Of a stretch of DNA of 42,712 nucleotides, positions 1 to 8,248 are shown in pieces (within the stretch, counting starts at the first letter, position 1; the number at the start of each line of letters is the position of its first letter). Position numbers and translations under genes: made by a program. The notes below the pieces were generated by a model. That model was not told where the DNA came from and did no database searches. It saw only the letters and a list, made by a program, of their open reading frames with translations. This DNA comes from a virus (Duplodnaviria; Caudoviricetes). Where the stretch lies: IMG/VR virus record IMGVR_UViG_3300032277_000013, positions 1-42,712 of that record. One strand, given 5' to 3'.

Positions 1-702
1 AGACTCAGCATGAGTACGCCGGGGAGCAAAAGAATTGTGTTCTGCCCCGGTCCTGTGCCACATCAAACGAACAGCGTAGTCAGCAGCCCTAGCAACCTTT
101 TTACGGTCTACCGGTTTCAAGTCTGCAAAGTACGTGGACCGGTATATCACTTCCGCTAACGTGCGAGGTTTAGCCGTGTCCATCGTGTTTACAACTTCGT
201 CAGATTCGTCAGCCCCCAGAACTAGTAGGGTGTCTATGGTGGGTTCTTTGGACCAATGTTCGTATTTATCGGGTTCCTTGTTATAAGTTTGCACAGCGAA
301 AATTAGAGCAATCAACCTATGCTGTGCGTTCAGCGTTTGCCCGGTCTTACCAATAATCATATTCTCACAATTCAGTTTCCACTTACCGCGTAGAATATCT
401 TGCGAGATGGTTTTGACATTCGACATAGTCAATGGTCGATTACCGAGATTGTTGGAACAGTAAATACCGTTACCGTTTAGATCCTTGAATCGACTGCCGG
501 TTTCAACTTCTTCCCAGCCTAGCAACTCTTTAGCTTGATCGGCTGTCAGTGCTTCCTCCCCATCTAGCACTTTGCAAACAACATCGGGGTAAATTTCAGG
601 ACGGTCCTCTTTGGCAGCATGACGCATCTTGCGTTTCTTACGGGTGGTTTTACTTGCGTTGGGATTGCCGCTATTGCGTTTTGTTTTCCGTTGTTTAGCC
701 AT
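1..702 (-). CDS. ParB/Srx-like (DGQHR-type) N-terminal domain protein, 3' end truncated by window edge
   Basis: Not in ORF track. My translation from ATG at 702 (SD AAGGA upstream): MAKQRKTKRNSG...CSNNLGNRPLTMSNVKTISQDILRGKWKLNCENMIIGKTGQTLNAQHRLIAL..., apparently open to position 1. NRP...GKW..N.E...NAQHRL matches the phage ParB-like DGQHRL signature. Confidence 0.75.
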   Translation of the reverse strand, partial: MAKQRKTKRNSGNPNASKTTRKKRKMRHAAKEDRPEIYPDVVCKVLDGEEALTADQAKELLGWEEVETGSRFKDLNGNGIYCSNNLGNRPLTMSNVKTISQDILRGKWKLNCENMIIGKTGQTLNAQHRLIALIFAVQTYNKEPDKYEHWSKEPTIDTLLVLGADESDEVVNTMDTAKPRTLAEVIYRSTYFADLKPVDRKKVARAADYAVRLMWHRTGAEHNSFAPRRTHAES

Positions 703-762
703 TACAACAAATTCCTTTAGAATTTCTGGGGTAAAAAGCAATTAAGAAATGGGGGGGGTGTA

Positions 763-957
763 CTAGATGGTGCGACCGAAATTAGAAGCATTCACAACTT
801 TTTTCACTTTCTGTTTAGTGGGGGTGGTGTGGTGGGGTTCTCTTTCTTCAGCTTTTGCCCGTTTGGTTTTGGTTTCAGGAACCGTAATTGGCCCGTAATT
901 AGGTTCCGCATAATCGTAGTCACCTAAACCAATTGGGGTACGAACAACTCTGACCAT
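763..957 (-). CDS. small basic hypothetical protein
   Basis: ORF-track 763..1008 trimmed to ATG at 957, which has an AAGGA SD; lies between leftward promoters and the ParB-like gene. Confidence 0.55.
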   Translation of the reverse strand: MVRVVRTPIGLGDYDYAEPNYGPITVPETKTKRAKAEEREPHHTTPTKQKVKKVVNASNFGRTI

Positions 958-1027
958 GACTTTCATTCCTTGAAAAATGGTGGTGGTGGTGCTTACCGAC
1001 AATGGCAAGCGTTAGTTGTGAACGCTA

Positions 1028-1056
1028 TGTATAACACACACACAAAAACACCGCAA
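1028..1056 (-). promoter_or_regulatory. putative sigma70-type promoter (leftward, proximal)
   Basis: Minus strand TTGCGG-N17-TATACA with TG one base before the -10. Confidence 0.4.
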
Positions 1057-1112
1057 GCCCAGATGTGAAAAAATTTGAGCGGGTGAAAAGAGGGGGTAGG
1101 GTAGAGGCATAG

Positions 1113-1152
1113 AAAAAGCCCCGCCGGGAAAAAGAATAAAACCCGACGGAGC
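1113..1152 (-). terminator. intrinsic terminator
   Basis: Minus strand GCTCCGTCGGG-13 nt loop-CCCGGCGGGGC (11 bp with two G.U pairs) followed by TTTTT. Confidence 0.65.
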
Positions 1153-1240
1153 CAATCTTCCCACCACAGAAAGATGATCGTTCCCAAGGCAAAAACGCCC
1201 TAGTACATATATATACATATATATACAAACACACTTACCC
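1113..1240 (-). ncRNA. putative ~130-nt structured small RNA or attenuated leader
   Basis: Bounded by a near-consensus promoter (1247-1275) and a terminator (1113-1152); internal hairpins use G.U pairs that work only on the minus strand; no convincing ORF. Confidence 0.45.
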
Positions 1241-1246
1241 GTAGTC

Positions 1247-1275
1247 ATTATAATAGCTAATTGGTTTGAATGCAA
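1247..1275 (-). promoter_or_regulatory. sigma70-type promoter (leftward)
   Basis: Minus strand TTGCAT-N17-TATAAT. Confidence 0.75.
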
Positions 1276-1346
1276 CCCTGAAAATTTTTTGGCTATTTTA
1301 CACCCTATTATCTAGGGGCAGTGATTTTAGCCCGTCTGCTTTGCGG

Positions 1347-1375
1347 TTGCTGGCTGCTTTCAGTTGTGGTATATT
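1347..1375 (+). promoter_or_regulatory. sigma70-type promoter driving rightward replication operon
   Basis: TTGCTG-N17-TATATT with extended -10 TG, ~50 nt upstream of first gene. Confidence 0.65.
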
Positions 1376-1425
1376 ATACATACACCGCTGCCACCACCAA
1401 CCAACTTTTCAATAGGAGAGAGAAT

Positions 1426-1686
1426 GTGACACGACGAAAGAAACCACGACCGTTCAAGAAACCTATTCCAGACAAGAACAAGAAAAGCCAAAAGACGTGG
1501 AACCTTAAATACCCGTGGGATCGATGGCTTTCACAAACCCGATTCAAAATTGTACGAGGAAAACATTATGACTGTATGCCTCATGTAATGGCTCTCCAGA
1601 TTCGCAACGAAGCTTTCAAACGAGAACGCAAAGTATCAATCAGAATTGTAGAAGAAACCATAACCGTTCAAGTGGGGAACAAATGA
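1426..1686 (+). CDS. small basic putative DNA-binding protein
   Basis: GTG start at 1426 with AGGAG SD; KYPWDRW motif; ATGA overlap with next gene. Confidence 0.65.
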   Translation: MTRRKKPRPFKKPIPDKNKKSQKTWNLKYPWDRWLSQTRFKIVRGKHYDCMPHVMALQIRNEAFKRERKVSIRIVEETITVQVGNK

Positions 1687-1958
1687 AATACCGTATCTAT
1701 AAATACCCGGTAAAAGTAACAGCCACTCAAACCATAGAGGTTCCTGCCGAATCTGAACTGCTAGATATGCAGTTCCAAAACGGGGAACTACAGATGTGGG
1801 TTAAGATTCCGACACAACCTTCATTAGAAAATCCTTGGAGAATCAGCCTAGCTATTGTAGGCACTGGGCATGAAGTACCCCAAGACGCTATAAGACACAT
1901 AACCACCGTACAGTCCCAAGGGTATGTGTGGCACATCTTCGCAACAGGGGTGGAATAA
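1683..1958 (+). CDS. conserved phage hypothetical protein
   Basis: IYKYP...LDMQFQNGELQMW...IVGTGHEVP...HITTVQ..GYVWHIF pattern typical of a widespread small phage family; coupled at both ends. Confidence 0.75.
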   Translation: MKYRIYKYPVKVTATQTIEVPAESELLDMQFQNGELQMWVKIPTQPSLENPWRISLAIVGTGHEVPQDAIRHITTVQSQGYVWHIFATGVE

Positions 1959-2473
1959 TGAAGCGTAAGAAACGTAAACCCCCCCTGCCCTCCGAAACCT
2001 ACATAGGCATCGATCCTGGTGCTAATGGTGCAATGGTTGCCCTAATAGGGGGTAAGGTACTGTGGACAGAAATGCCCGACAGCAATACCGATATACTAGA
2101 CTGGTTAGAAAGTGCTGGGAACTGTACTCGTAATCCTAGGGTTGTGTTAGAACAAATCAATCCAGGGTTTAAGGGTTCTGGCAAAGCAGCTATGTCTAAG
2201 CTGTACGGCAGCTACACCAAGTTACAAATGGCTTGCAGTGCGTTAGAGCTACCTACAGTTGATTTACCCGCCACCAAGTGGCATAGGTTGCTTTCTATTT
2301 CCCCCAGAAAAAAGACTGAGAACGATTACAAGTGGAAGGGTAGATTAAGAGACATAGCACAGCGTATGTACCCCAAATTGGATTTGTGGGGTGAGACTCA
2401 AAAAGTCCAACGGGCTGTAGCCGATGCGTTGTTAATTGCTACAGTTTGTAAACAACAAAATGGAGGTAATTAA
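1958..2473 (+). CDS. RuvC-like Holliday junction resolvase
   Basis: YIGIDPG, VVLEQ and ADALLIA catalytic motifs; TAATG coupling gives start 1958. Confidence 0.85.
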   Translation: MKRKKRKPPLPSETYIGIDPGANGAMVALIGGKVLWTEMPDSNTDILDWLESAGNCTRNPRVVLEQINPGFKGSGKAAMSKLYGSYTKLQMACSALELPTVDLPATKWHRLLSISPRKKTENDYKWKGRLRDIAQRMYPKLDLWGETQKVQRAVADALLIATVCKQQNGGN

Positions 2474-2474
2474 C

Positions 2475-2852
2475 GTGGACCGGTACGATCAAGACATTCT
2501 GGATATCAAGTCAGCAATTGTAGAACAGTTATGGAATCACCCTAACTCAGAAATCGAATCTGTGGTTTCTGAAGTTATTCAAAACCGCTGGGAAGACGCT
2601 TCTCCATTGTTTTACTTTGCTGGCAAAATGTTCGATCTAGAAGACGGGTGGGATAGTATGGGTTGTGGTTGCTTAACCCAAATTAGGGGAGACGAGGAAA
2701 TAGTGGCAGCAACTCCCGAACTAACTTTAGAAATCAGGCAAGATGAGCGAATACCAAAAAACGAAAAAGATATAACTCTAGAAATGTTACCGGTGTTTGC
2801 TGAACGACAACGCTGGTTAGATGTTGAACTAGATAGAAAGTGGGAAGACTAA
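2475..2852 (+). CDS. hypothetical protein
   Basis: GTG start with GGAGG SD; acidic protein with CGCLTQIR motif. Confidence 0.7.
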   Translation: MDRYDQDILDIKSAIVEQLWNHPNSEIESVVSEVIQNRWEDASPLFYFAGKMFDLEDGWDSMGCGCLTQIRGDEEIVAATPELTLEIRQDERIPKNEKDITLEMLPVFAERQRWLDVELDRKWED

Positions 2853-2854
2853 TT

Positions 2855-3382
2855 ATGGGGAGGTACAAACGGCATAAAGCCAAATGGTCAAAGTGTGAAC
2901 AGTGTTCTTTATGTGAGAATCGTAACCGGGTAGTTATGGCAAGGGGTAAGATTCCTTGTGATGTTTTGTTTATTGGGGAAGCCCCTAGTCAAAGTGACGA
3001 CGTAACCGGTGTACCATTCAAAGGACCAGCCGGTAAGTATCTAGACCAACTTATTAAGGATTCAATCGGGGAAGACGTGCGTTGTGCTTTTACTCACCTG
3101 GTAGCTTGTTTGCCTAAAGATGAAAGGGGAACCAAATACGCTAAACCAGACAAGAAGCAAATCCAAGCTTGCAATGATCGATTGCAAGAATTCATTGCTA
3201 TCGCCAAACCTAAATTGATTGTGGGTGTGGGTGCATTAGTTGCAAAGCATTTACCACCATTTGGAAGTATCGTGAACATCAGCCATCCAGCCGTAATTAT
3301 GGGTGCTGATGCAAGTCAGAAACCTATAATGATCCATCGTTGTATCATTACACTTCAAGAAGCAATTGAGGAGACTCTGTAA
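2855..3382 (+). CDS. uracil-DNA glycosylase family 4-like (Fe-S) protein
   Basis: CxxCxLC N-terminus, FIGEAP motif A, GVPFKGPAG, two further Cys, HPA motif B. Confidence 0.88.
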   Translation: MGRYKRHKAKWSKCEQCSLCENRNRVVMARGKIPCDVLFIGEAPSQSDDVTGVPFKGPAGKYLDQLIKDSIGEDVRCAFTHLVACLPKDERGTKYAKPDKKQIQACNDRLQEFIAIAKPKLIVGVGALVAKHLPPFGSIVNISHPAVIMGADASQKPIMIHRCIITLQEAIEETL

Positions 3383-4368
3383 TGTCTAAAAAAACAAAAA
3401 AAGTGTTAACCTTTTCTGACCATCTTATCTGCGAACAAGTCTTAAAAGACTACCAGCAAGAATTCCTTATCGATATTGTGGATTTATCTGAAATCGATTG
3501 GGAAGAAAGCGAAGCTAACATTGGCAGAATAGATTTATCAAAAAGTAAGGAAGCAATTACTAGCTATACTGAATCTATGAAGAATGGGAACACGTTTCCT
3601 AGAATTCTTGTTTCTCTAAAATCGGATGGCTCCAAAGTTATTTTGTCTGGACTACATCGGGCAAAAGCTGCCGTAGGAGCTAAAGTTGAAGGGGTGGAAT
3701 GTTATATAATCAGTTGTGACGATGAAGCAAAAATGCGGTTAATTGCTTTTGAATGTAACTCTATGGAAAGCCAAATACCGCTAACTGGGGAAGAGCGTTT
3801 AGAAATGGCAGTTGGATTAGTTGAATTCTTAGGTATTACACAAAAAGAAGCAGCGAAAAGAGCTAAGGTGTCCCTAGCTACCCTAGGAAAAAGGTTTCAA
3901 GTAAACCGGTTGAAAATGACTGCCGCTAAACTGGGATTCAATGGTACTCTAAAGGATTATGTATGGCTAACTATGTCTCCTATCTCTAAAAATCATAAAG
4001 TTTTTAGGAGTTGCTGCGATTACTATAGTTCTAGTAACGGAACTTTAGATTATGACCAAACTGTATCCTTTATGAGGAAAGTCAAACAATATCATACTGA
4101 AGTGGATCAGATTGCTTACATAAAATCCCAAACAAACCAACAAAAGAAAAAAGCCAATAAGACTTCTAAAGGAAAGTCAGTCAGTCGTCCTAATAATCCA
4201 GGAGAAAAACTTAGTAGGGCATTGAAAAAAGTAGAGGAAATTTTAACTATTCATCCCACACTAGGCGACCTACATATAACGAAAGGATCGGATATTTATG
4301 CCGAAATCAAAAAAGCGGGCACGTCAATTCAAGGATCGTTATCTAGGCTATCGAGAGAACGTAAGTAA
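3382..4368 (+). CDS. ParB-like nuclease domain protein with HTH
   Basis: FPRILV...ILSGLHRAKAA ParB/Srx motif, then HTH GITQKEAAKRAKVSLATL. Confidence 0.75.
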   Translation: MSKKTKKVLTFSDHLICEQVLKDYQQEFLIDIVDLSEIDWEESEANIGRIDLSKSKEAITSYTESMKNGNTFPRILVSLKSDGSKVILSGLHRAKAAVGAKVEGVECYIISCDDEAKMRLIAFECNSMESQIPLTGEERLEMAVGLVEFLGITQKEAAKRAKVSLATLGKRFQVNRLKMTAAKLGFNGTLKDYVWLTMSPISKNHKVFRSCCDYYSSSNGTLDYDQTVSFMRKVKQYHTEVDQIAYIKSQTNQQKKKANKTSKGKSVSRPNNPGEKLSRALKKVEEILTIHPTLGDLHITKGSDIYAEIKKAGTSIQGSLSRLSRERK

Positions 4369-4678
4369 AAAAGTTTTGGAGTATATCACTCTCAACCAAC
4401 CGGTAGGAGATAAAGAGTTGTATTTAGCATGTGCTAAATATATTCCCCAAGGTAGGGCAGTAGAGGTACACAACAATTCCCGCAAAAAGGAAACTGCCTT
4501 AGCGATAAAAATAGAAAAAGGAAGAAGCAAAATATTGGGAGACGTATTAAACTCTTTGCGGTTCCATAAGAGAATTCAAGTTGTGTCCTCAGATAGGGTT
4601 ACTAAAACTAGACAAATAAATAGGGTGTGGAGAATACTCAATGCCGAAGAAAAAGAAGACACTAAAACAAGCCCTTAA
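4298..4678 (+). CDS. hypothetical basic protein, possibly winged helix
   Basis: Fills operon gap, AAGGA upstream; start uncertain. Confidence 0.55.
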   Translation: MPKSKKRARQFKDRYLGYRENVSKKVLEYITLNQPVGDKELYLACAKYIPQGRAVEVHNNSRKKETALAIKIEKGRSKILGDVLNSLRFHKRIQVVSSDRVTKTRQINRVWRILNAEEKEDTKTSP

Positions 4679-5708
4679 AGGGAAAACACTTAAACGACCC
4701 ACCGTATGGAAAGGACCAGAATCAAACGATCCCCAAGGGGGCATAACACAAAGCCTGTTAGCGGGCTACATTTGCTGTAAGGAACGGTTTAGACTGCTGA
4801 CGGTGTTAGGGTTGAAACCCGCTGACGAATTTAGTCATGCGTTACAATACGGTAATATGTGGCATTTGTGTGAGGAAGTGTTTTCGGGTGGTGGCGATTG
4901 GCAAAAACAGCTATTAGCTTTTGCTAAGGAACTACGTGACCAATACCCGATGCAGCAACAGGAAGTTGAGAAGTGGTATCAAGTCTGCAAAGTACAATTC
5001 AGTACATACGTGAATCATTGGGAAGAGGAGAACGATGTTGAAGAACTTTTGCAAGAAGAAGCATTTTGCGTTCCTTACACACTGCCTAGCGGCAGGGTAG
5101 TCTACTTACGAGGTAAGTGGGACAGTGCTTATAAAGAGGGTGTGCGTAAGGTAGTCCTGAAAGAAAACAAAACGAAAGGGCTGATTAAGGAGGAGCAAAT
5201 TGAGAAACAATTGACGTTTGATTTGCAAACAATGCTCTATGTGATTGCTTTACGTTCCCGGTATGACAAAGTAGGTCAAGTGCTATATAATGTAGTACGG
5301 CGACCGCTTGCTGGGGGTAAGCATAGCATCAGACAGCATAAGCCCACTAAGAAGAATCCCAAAGGAGAATCGTCTAAAGATTACTATGCACGTTTGAAGG
5401 GGTGCATTGAGGAAGATACCGATTATTTCTTTTTGCGGTGGAAAGTAAACATTACTAAAACCGATATGAAAGTGTATGAAGAAACATTCCTGCAACCTTG
5501 TCTTGAGGAACTATGTAACTGGTGGGATTTAGTTTGCCCAGAAAGAGAAGCTAAACCGTCAATGGTTCAAAACTATCGTACTCCATTCGGTATCTGGAAC
5601 CCACTGTTTGAAGGCAGGTCCACCAGCTTAGATAACTATCTGCAAACAGGCGACGACTTAGGGTTGCAATATACCGATCAATTATTCCCAGAATTACAGG
5701 ATGTGTAA
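4641..5708 (+). CDS. PD-(D/E)XK (RecB/Cas4-like) exonuclease
   Basis: TQS, YGNMWH, E, RGKWD, ENKT, QTMLY motif series; adjacent to Sak4-like ATPase. Confidence 0.82.
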   Translation: MPKKKKTLKQALKGKTLKRPTVWKGPESNDPQGGITQSLLAGYICCKERFRLLTVLGLKPADEFSHALQYGNMWHLCEEVFSGGGDWQKQLLAFAKELRDQYPMQQQEVEKWYQVCKVQFSTYVNHWEEENDVEELLQEEAFCVPYTLPSGRVVYLRGKWDSAYKEGVRKVVLKENKTKGLIKEEQIEKQLTFDLQTMLYVIALRSRYDKVGQVLYNVVRRPLAGGKHSIRQHKPTKKNPKGESSKDYYARLKGCIEEDTDYFFLRWKVNITKTDMKVYEETFLQPCLEELCNWWDLVCPEREAKPSMVQNYRTPFGIWNPLFEGRSTSLDNYLQTGDDLGLQYTDQLFPELQDV

Positions 5709-6580
5709 TGCCCAGACCAGTTAAACAAACTCCAAGGCGTAAAAAGAAGACAGTAAAAAAGACTAGCCCTAAATCTACCGGGTTTGAGTCTAAACTAAAA
5801 CGTATAGATGAAGATACCGGGGGGATGCGGTTTGCTCTTTATGGTTTGAGCGGTTCGGGTAAAACTACAGTCTATTCCACGTTTCCAAAACCCTTGTTAT
5901 CAATTCTTAGCAGCGGGTGTATGAAACCAGGAGAGTTGAAATCAATCGACACTCCTGAAAACAGAAAAACAATCACTAAACTGAATGTAAAGGACAGTAG
6001 TGAATTATCGGAGGTAGCTGAATACCAACGGAAGACGGGTACTTTTGCAACCATTGTGGTAGACCATCTTACCGGGCTACAGGACCAAGTAATGAAAGAG
6101 ATACTAGGGTTAGAGGAGTTGCCCGCTCAAGGATCGTGGGGAATGGCTGCCCGTGAAGATTGGCAAACGGTAGGGCTACAAGTTAAAGAACGACTGAGAG
6201 AAATTCTCAACCTAGATTGCAAGACTGTGTTGATAGCCCAACAAAGAACTTTTCAAGGCGAGAACGATGGAGAAGTATTAACTCCATTAGTTGGACCGGG
6301 TGTTACCCCTTCAATTGCTGGATGGGTTAACCATGTTTGTGATTACGTTTGTCAGACGTACAAGAAACAAAAGACAATCACAAAAACTATTAAGACTAGG
6401 AAGGGGGAAAAGAAAAAAGAAATAGAGGTTCCAGGCGTTACATACTGTTTGCGTACTATGCCCGATGCGACGTACCAAACAAAGTTTCGAGTGCCTAAAG
6501 AGTACAAACAGCCAGAAATGATTATCGATCCTGACTACTCAAAAATCATGCAAGTAATTAACGGAGAGTATGAATGTTAG
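5708..6580 (+). CDS. Sak4/AAA_24-like P-loop NTPase (ssDNA annealing)
   Basis: LYGLSGSGKTT Walker A, IVVD Walker B, TKFR C-terminal motif; exonuclease-ATPase-SSB synteny. Confidence 0.82.
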   Translation: MPRPVKQTPRRKKKTVKKTSPKSTGFESKLKRIDEDTGGMRFALYGLSGSGKTTVYSTFPKPLLSILSSGCMKPGELKSIDTPENRKTITKLNVKDSSELSEVAEYQRKTGTFATIVVDHLTGLQDQVMKEILGLEELPAQGSWGMAAREDWQTVGLQVKERLREILNLDCKTVLIAQQRTFQGENDGEVLTPLVGPGVTPSIAGWVNHVCDYVCQTYKKQKTITKTIKTRKGEKKKEIEVPGVTYCLRTMPDATYQTKFRVPKEYKQPEMIIDPDYSKIMQVINGEYEC

Positions 6581-6810
6581 TATTGTCTAGAAAAGAATCT
6601 GAAGCCATACATATTGGAAACGATATAAAGGTTACAATACTAGAAATCCACAATACCTATGTCAGAGTAGGGATCGATGCTCCAAAAGAAATGAACATAG
6701 CTAGAGAAGAAATTCTTATAGCCTTGGGAGATGTAGAAGAATTGCCAGAGAAACCACCACCAACCCTATATCAAAGAATGAAGGAGCGATCTTACCGGGA
6801 ATGTAGTTGA
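6574..6810 (+). CDS. csrA: carbon storage regulator CsrA/RsmA family RNA-binding protein
   Basis: MLVLSRKESEAIHIGNDIKVTILEI...VRVGIDAPKEMNIAREEI, near-consensus CsrA with RNA-binding Arg retained. Confidence 0.93.
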   Translation: MLVLSRKESEAIHIGNDIKVTILEIHNTYVRVGIDAPKEMNIAREEILIALGDVEELPEKPPPTLYQRMKERSYRECS

Positions 6811-6878
6811 AGACTTTGTAAAATGTAGAACGACAACGTAACTCAATTTCAGTTTCAATTTTTTAGGAAAATTCAGTA

Positions 6879-7727
6879 ATGGCTAAAAGTAAACGACAAA
6901 ACAGCTTCGCATCCAAAGTTGGTAAAGCAGGACAAAAGGCTGTAGCGAAGCACAGAACAGACGAAACTAATTATGGGAGTTTTGATCTTCCAGCAGGTAT
7001 TCAAAACGGTATTGCTAAACTCACTGAATGTAAATTCGACACATACAAACAGGGAGACAATACTGGGGAATATTATTTTGTGGCAACGGGTATTTGTGTT
7101 GAACCTAAAGAACATAGTGGGGGACGGGCAACCGTTAGAATTCCAGTATGTAAAACCAGTTGGGCTAGTTTAGATGAACAAATCGAACGGGTGCTAAATG
7201 AGATTCGTAAACTTGGGGGGGACACTTCTGATGCAACGGTAGACGACTTGGAAGAACTGGTGGCTGAATTGAAAGAAGAACAACCGTTTTTCCGATTCAG
7301 TACCCGTGCTTCCAAAGATGAAAAATATATCAACACTTACTTTAACGGCGGTAAGGGATTAGAAGATTACGATCCTGAAGACGCTGAAGATGATGACGAA
7401 ATTGAGGAAGATGATGATGCAGAAGAAGTTGATGAGGATGAGGATGATGATGTTGAAGAAGTAGAAGACGATGATGAAGATGATGAAGATGATGAAGATG
7501 AAGATGATGATGAAGATGGTGATGATGATGAAGGTGGAGATGATGAAGACGATTGGGAACCCGCTAAGAAGGAGACTTATAAGTACAAGCCCAAAGGCAA
7601 ACGTAAATCAATTGATTGCGTAGTTACTAAAGTTCTGAAACGTAAAAGAACTGTAAATCTACGCTCTGCTGACGGTGAACACGATTACGAAGATGTATCG
7701 TGGGACAAACTTGAAGAAGACGAATAG
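6879..7727 (+). CDS. putative ssDNA-binding protein with long acidic tract and C-terminal beta domain
   Basis: Position after Sak4-like ATPase; beta-rich N-terminus (LPAG motif), ~60-residue D/E tract, basic SH3-like tail. Confidence 0.6.
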   Translation: MAKSKRQNSFASKVGKAGQKAVAKHRTDETNYGSFDLPAGIQNGIAKLTECKFDTYKQGDNTGEYYFVATGICVEPKEHSGGRATVRIPVCKTSWASLDEQIERVLNEIRKLGGDTSDATVDDLEELVAELKEEQPFFRFSTRASKDEKYINTYFNGGKGLEDYDPEDAEDDDEIEEDDDAEEVDEDEDDDVEEVEDDDEDDEDDEDEDDDEDGDDDEGGDDEDDWEPAKKETYKYKPKGKRKSIDCVVTKVLKRKRTVNLRSADGEHDYEDVSWDKLEEDE

Positions 7728-7735
7728 TTATTCTG

Positions 7736-7760
7736 CCGGGTTACTTAGGTAGCCCGGTTT
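7736..7760 (+). terminator. hairpin (weak terminator or tRNA processing signal)
   Basis: CCGGGTTAC-TTAG-GTAGCCCGG then TTT, directly abutting the tRNA 5' end. Confidence 0.45.
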
Positions 7761-7833
7761 GGTCCCCTAGCTCAATCGGTAGAGCAACATGCTCATAACG
7801 TGTTGGTTCTGGGTTCGAGTCCCAGGGGGACCA
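7761..7833 (+). tRNA. tRNA with CAT anticodon, most likely tRNA-Ile2 (lysidine), no encoded CCA
   Basis: Full cloverleaf: GGTCCCC/GGGGACC acceptor, GCTC/GAGC D-arm, ACATG-CTCATAA-CGTGT anticodon arm, CTGGG-TTCGAGT-CCCAG T-arm, discriminator A. Confidence 0.93.
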
Positions 7834-7854
7834 CTGATTACTGAAAGGAACACA

Positions 7855-8079
7855 ATGCGAAAAAAGAAACGCAAGAAAGTAGCTATACCGCCAAAACGTA
7901 AGAAACCAAAAAGACGTAGCAATGAAAGGAAGGTATTCAACGATGGATCAAAGGGTAAAATTGTAACCCTTAATGACTTTGTTCCTAAGTACAAAAAGTG
8001 GACCTGTCCTAAATGCGGGTTCATCCACCACGGTTTCAAAAATGACGTATGTAGAAACGAGGAATGTGACTATGGCTGA
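7855..8079 (+). CDS. small basic zinc-ribbon protein
   Basis: ATG at 7855 with AAGGA SD; CPKC...CRNEEC. Confidence 0.65.
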   Translation: MRKKKRKKVAIPPKRKKPKRRSNERKVFNDGSKGKIVTLNDFVPKYKKWTCPKCGFIHHGFKNDVCRNEECDYG

Positions 8080-8248
8080 CATTGATAAAGAACGGGTAGA
8101 AAGATTATCGGTACAGCTTAAAGATCAAAATCTGGCAACCCGTGTAGCTTTAGGACTACTGTTAGAAATGGTGAGTAAAATTCTGGACCGTCAGAACGAT
8201 TTAGAAATAGAGCTAGAAAACATTGTAGATAAGTTAGGGAGAATGTAA
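8072..8248 (+). CDS. small coiled-coil hypothetical protein
   Basis: ATG at 8072 with GAGGA SD; TAATG coupling to next gene. Confidence 0.65.
   Translation: MADIDKERVERLSVQLKDQNLATRVALGLLLEMVSKILDRQNDLEIELENIVDKLGRM

Noticed and set aside
993-1275. Three overlapping minus-strand ORFs (64-87 aa)
   Set aside because: Low-complexity translations, no SD, and they span a promoter and terminator; better explained as non-coding.
4641-5708. Cas4 / CRISPR adaptation gene
   Set aside because: No cas context or full Fe-S cysteine set; standard phage exonuclease beside a Sak4-like ATPase.
7380-7552. GATGAA/GATGAT tandem repeats as CRISPR array or VNTR
   Set aside because: In-frame Asp/Glu codons; no repeat-spacer structure. 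No CRISPR array seen anywhere in the window.
7767-8039. ORF 7767..8039 (-) and the 5' extension of 7789..8079
   Set aside because: Overlap the tRNA; the real gene starts at 7855 with an SD.
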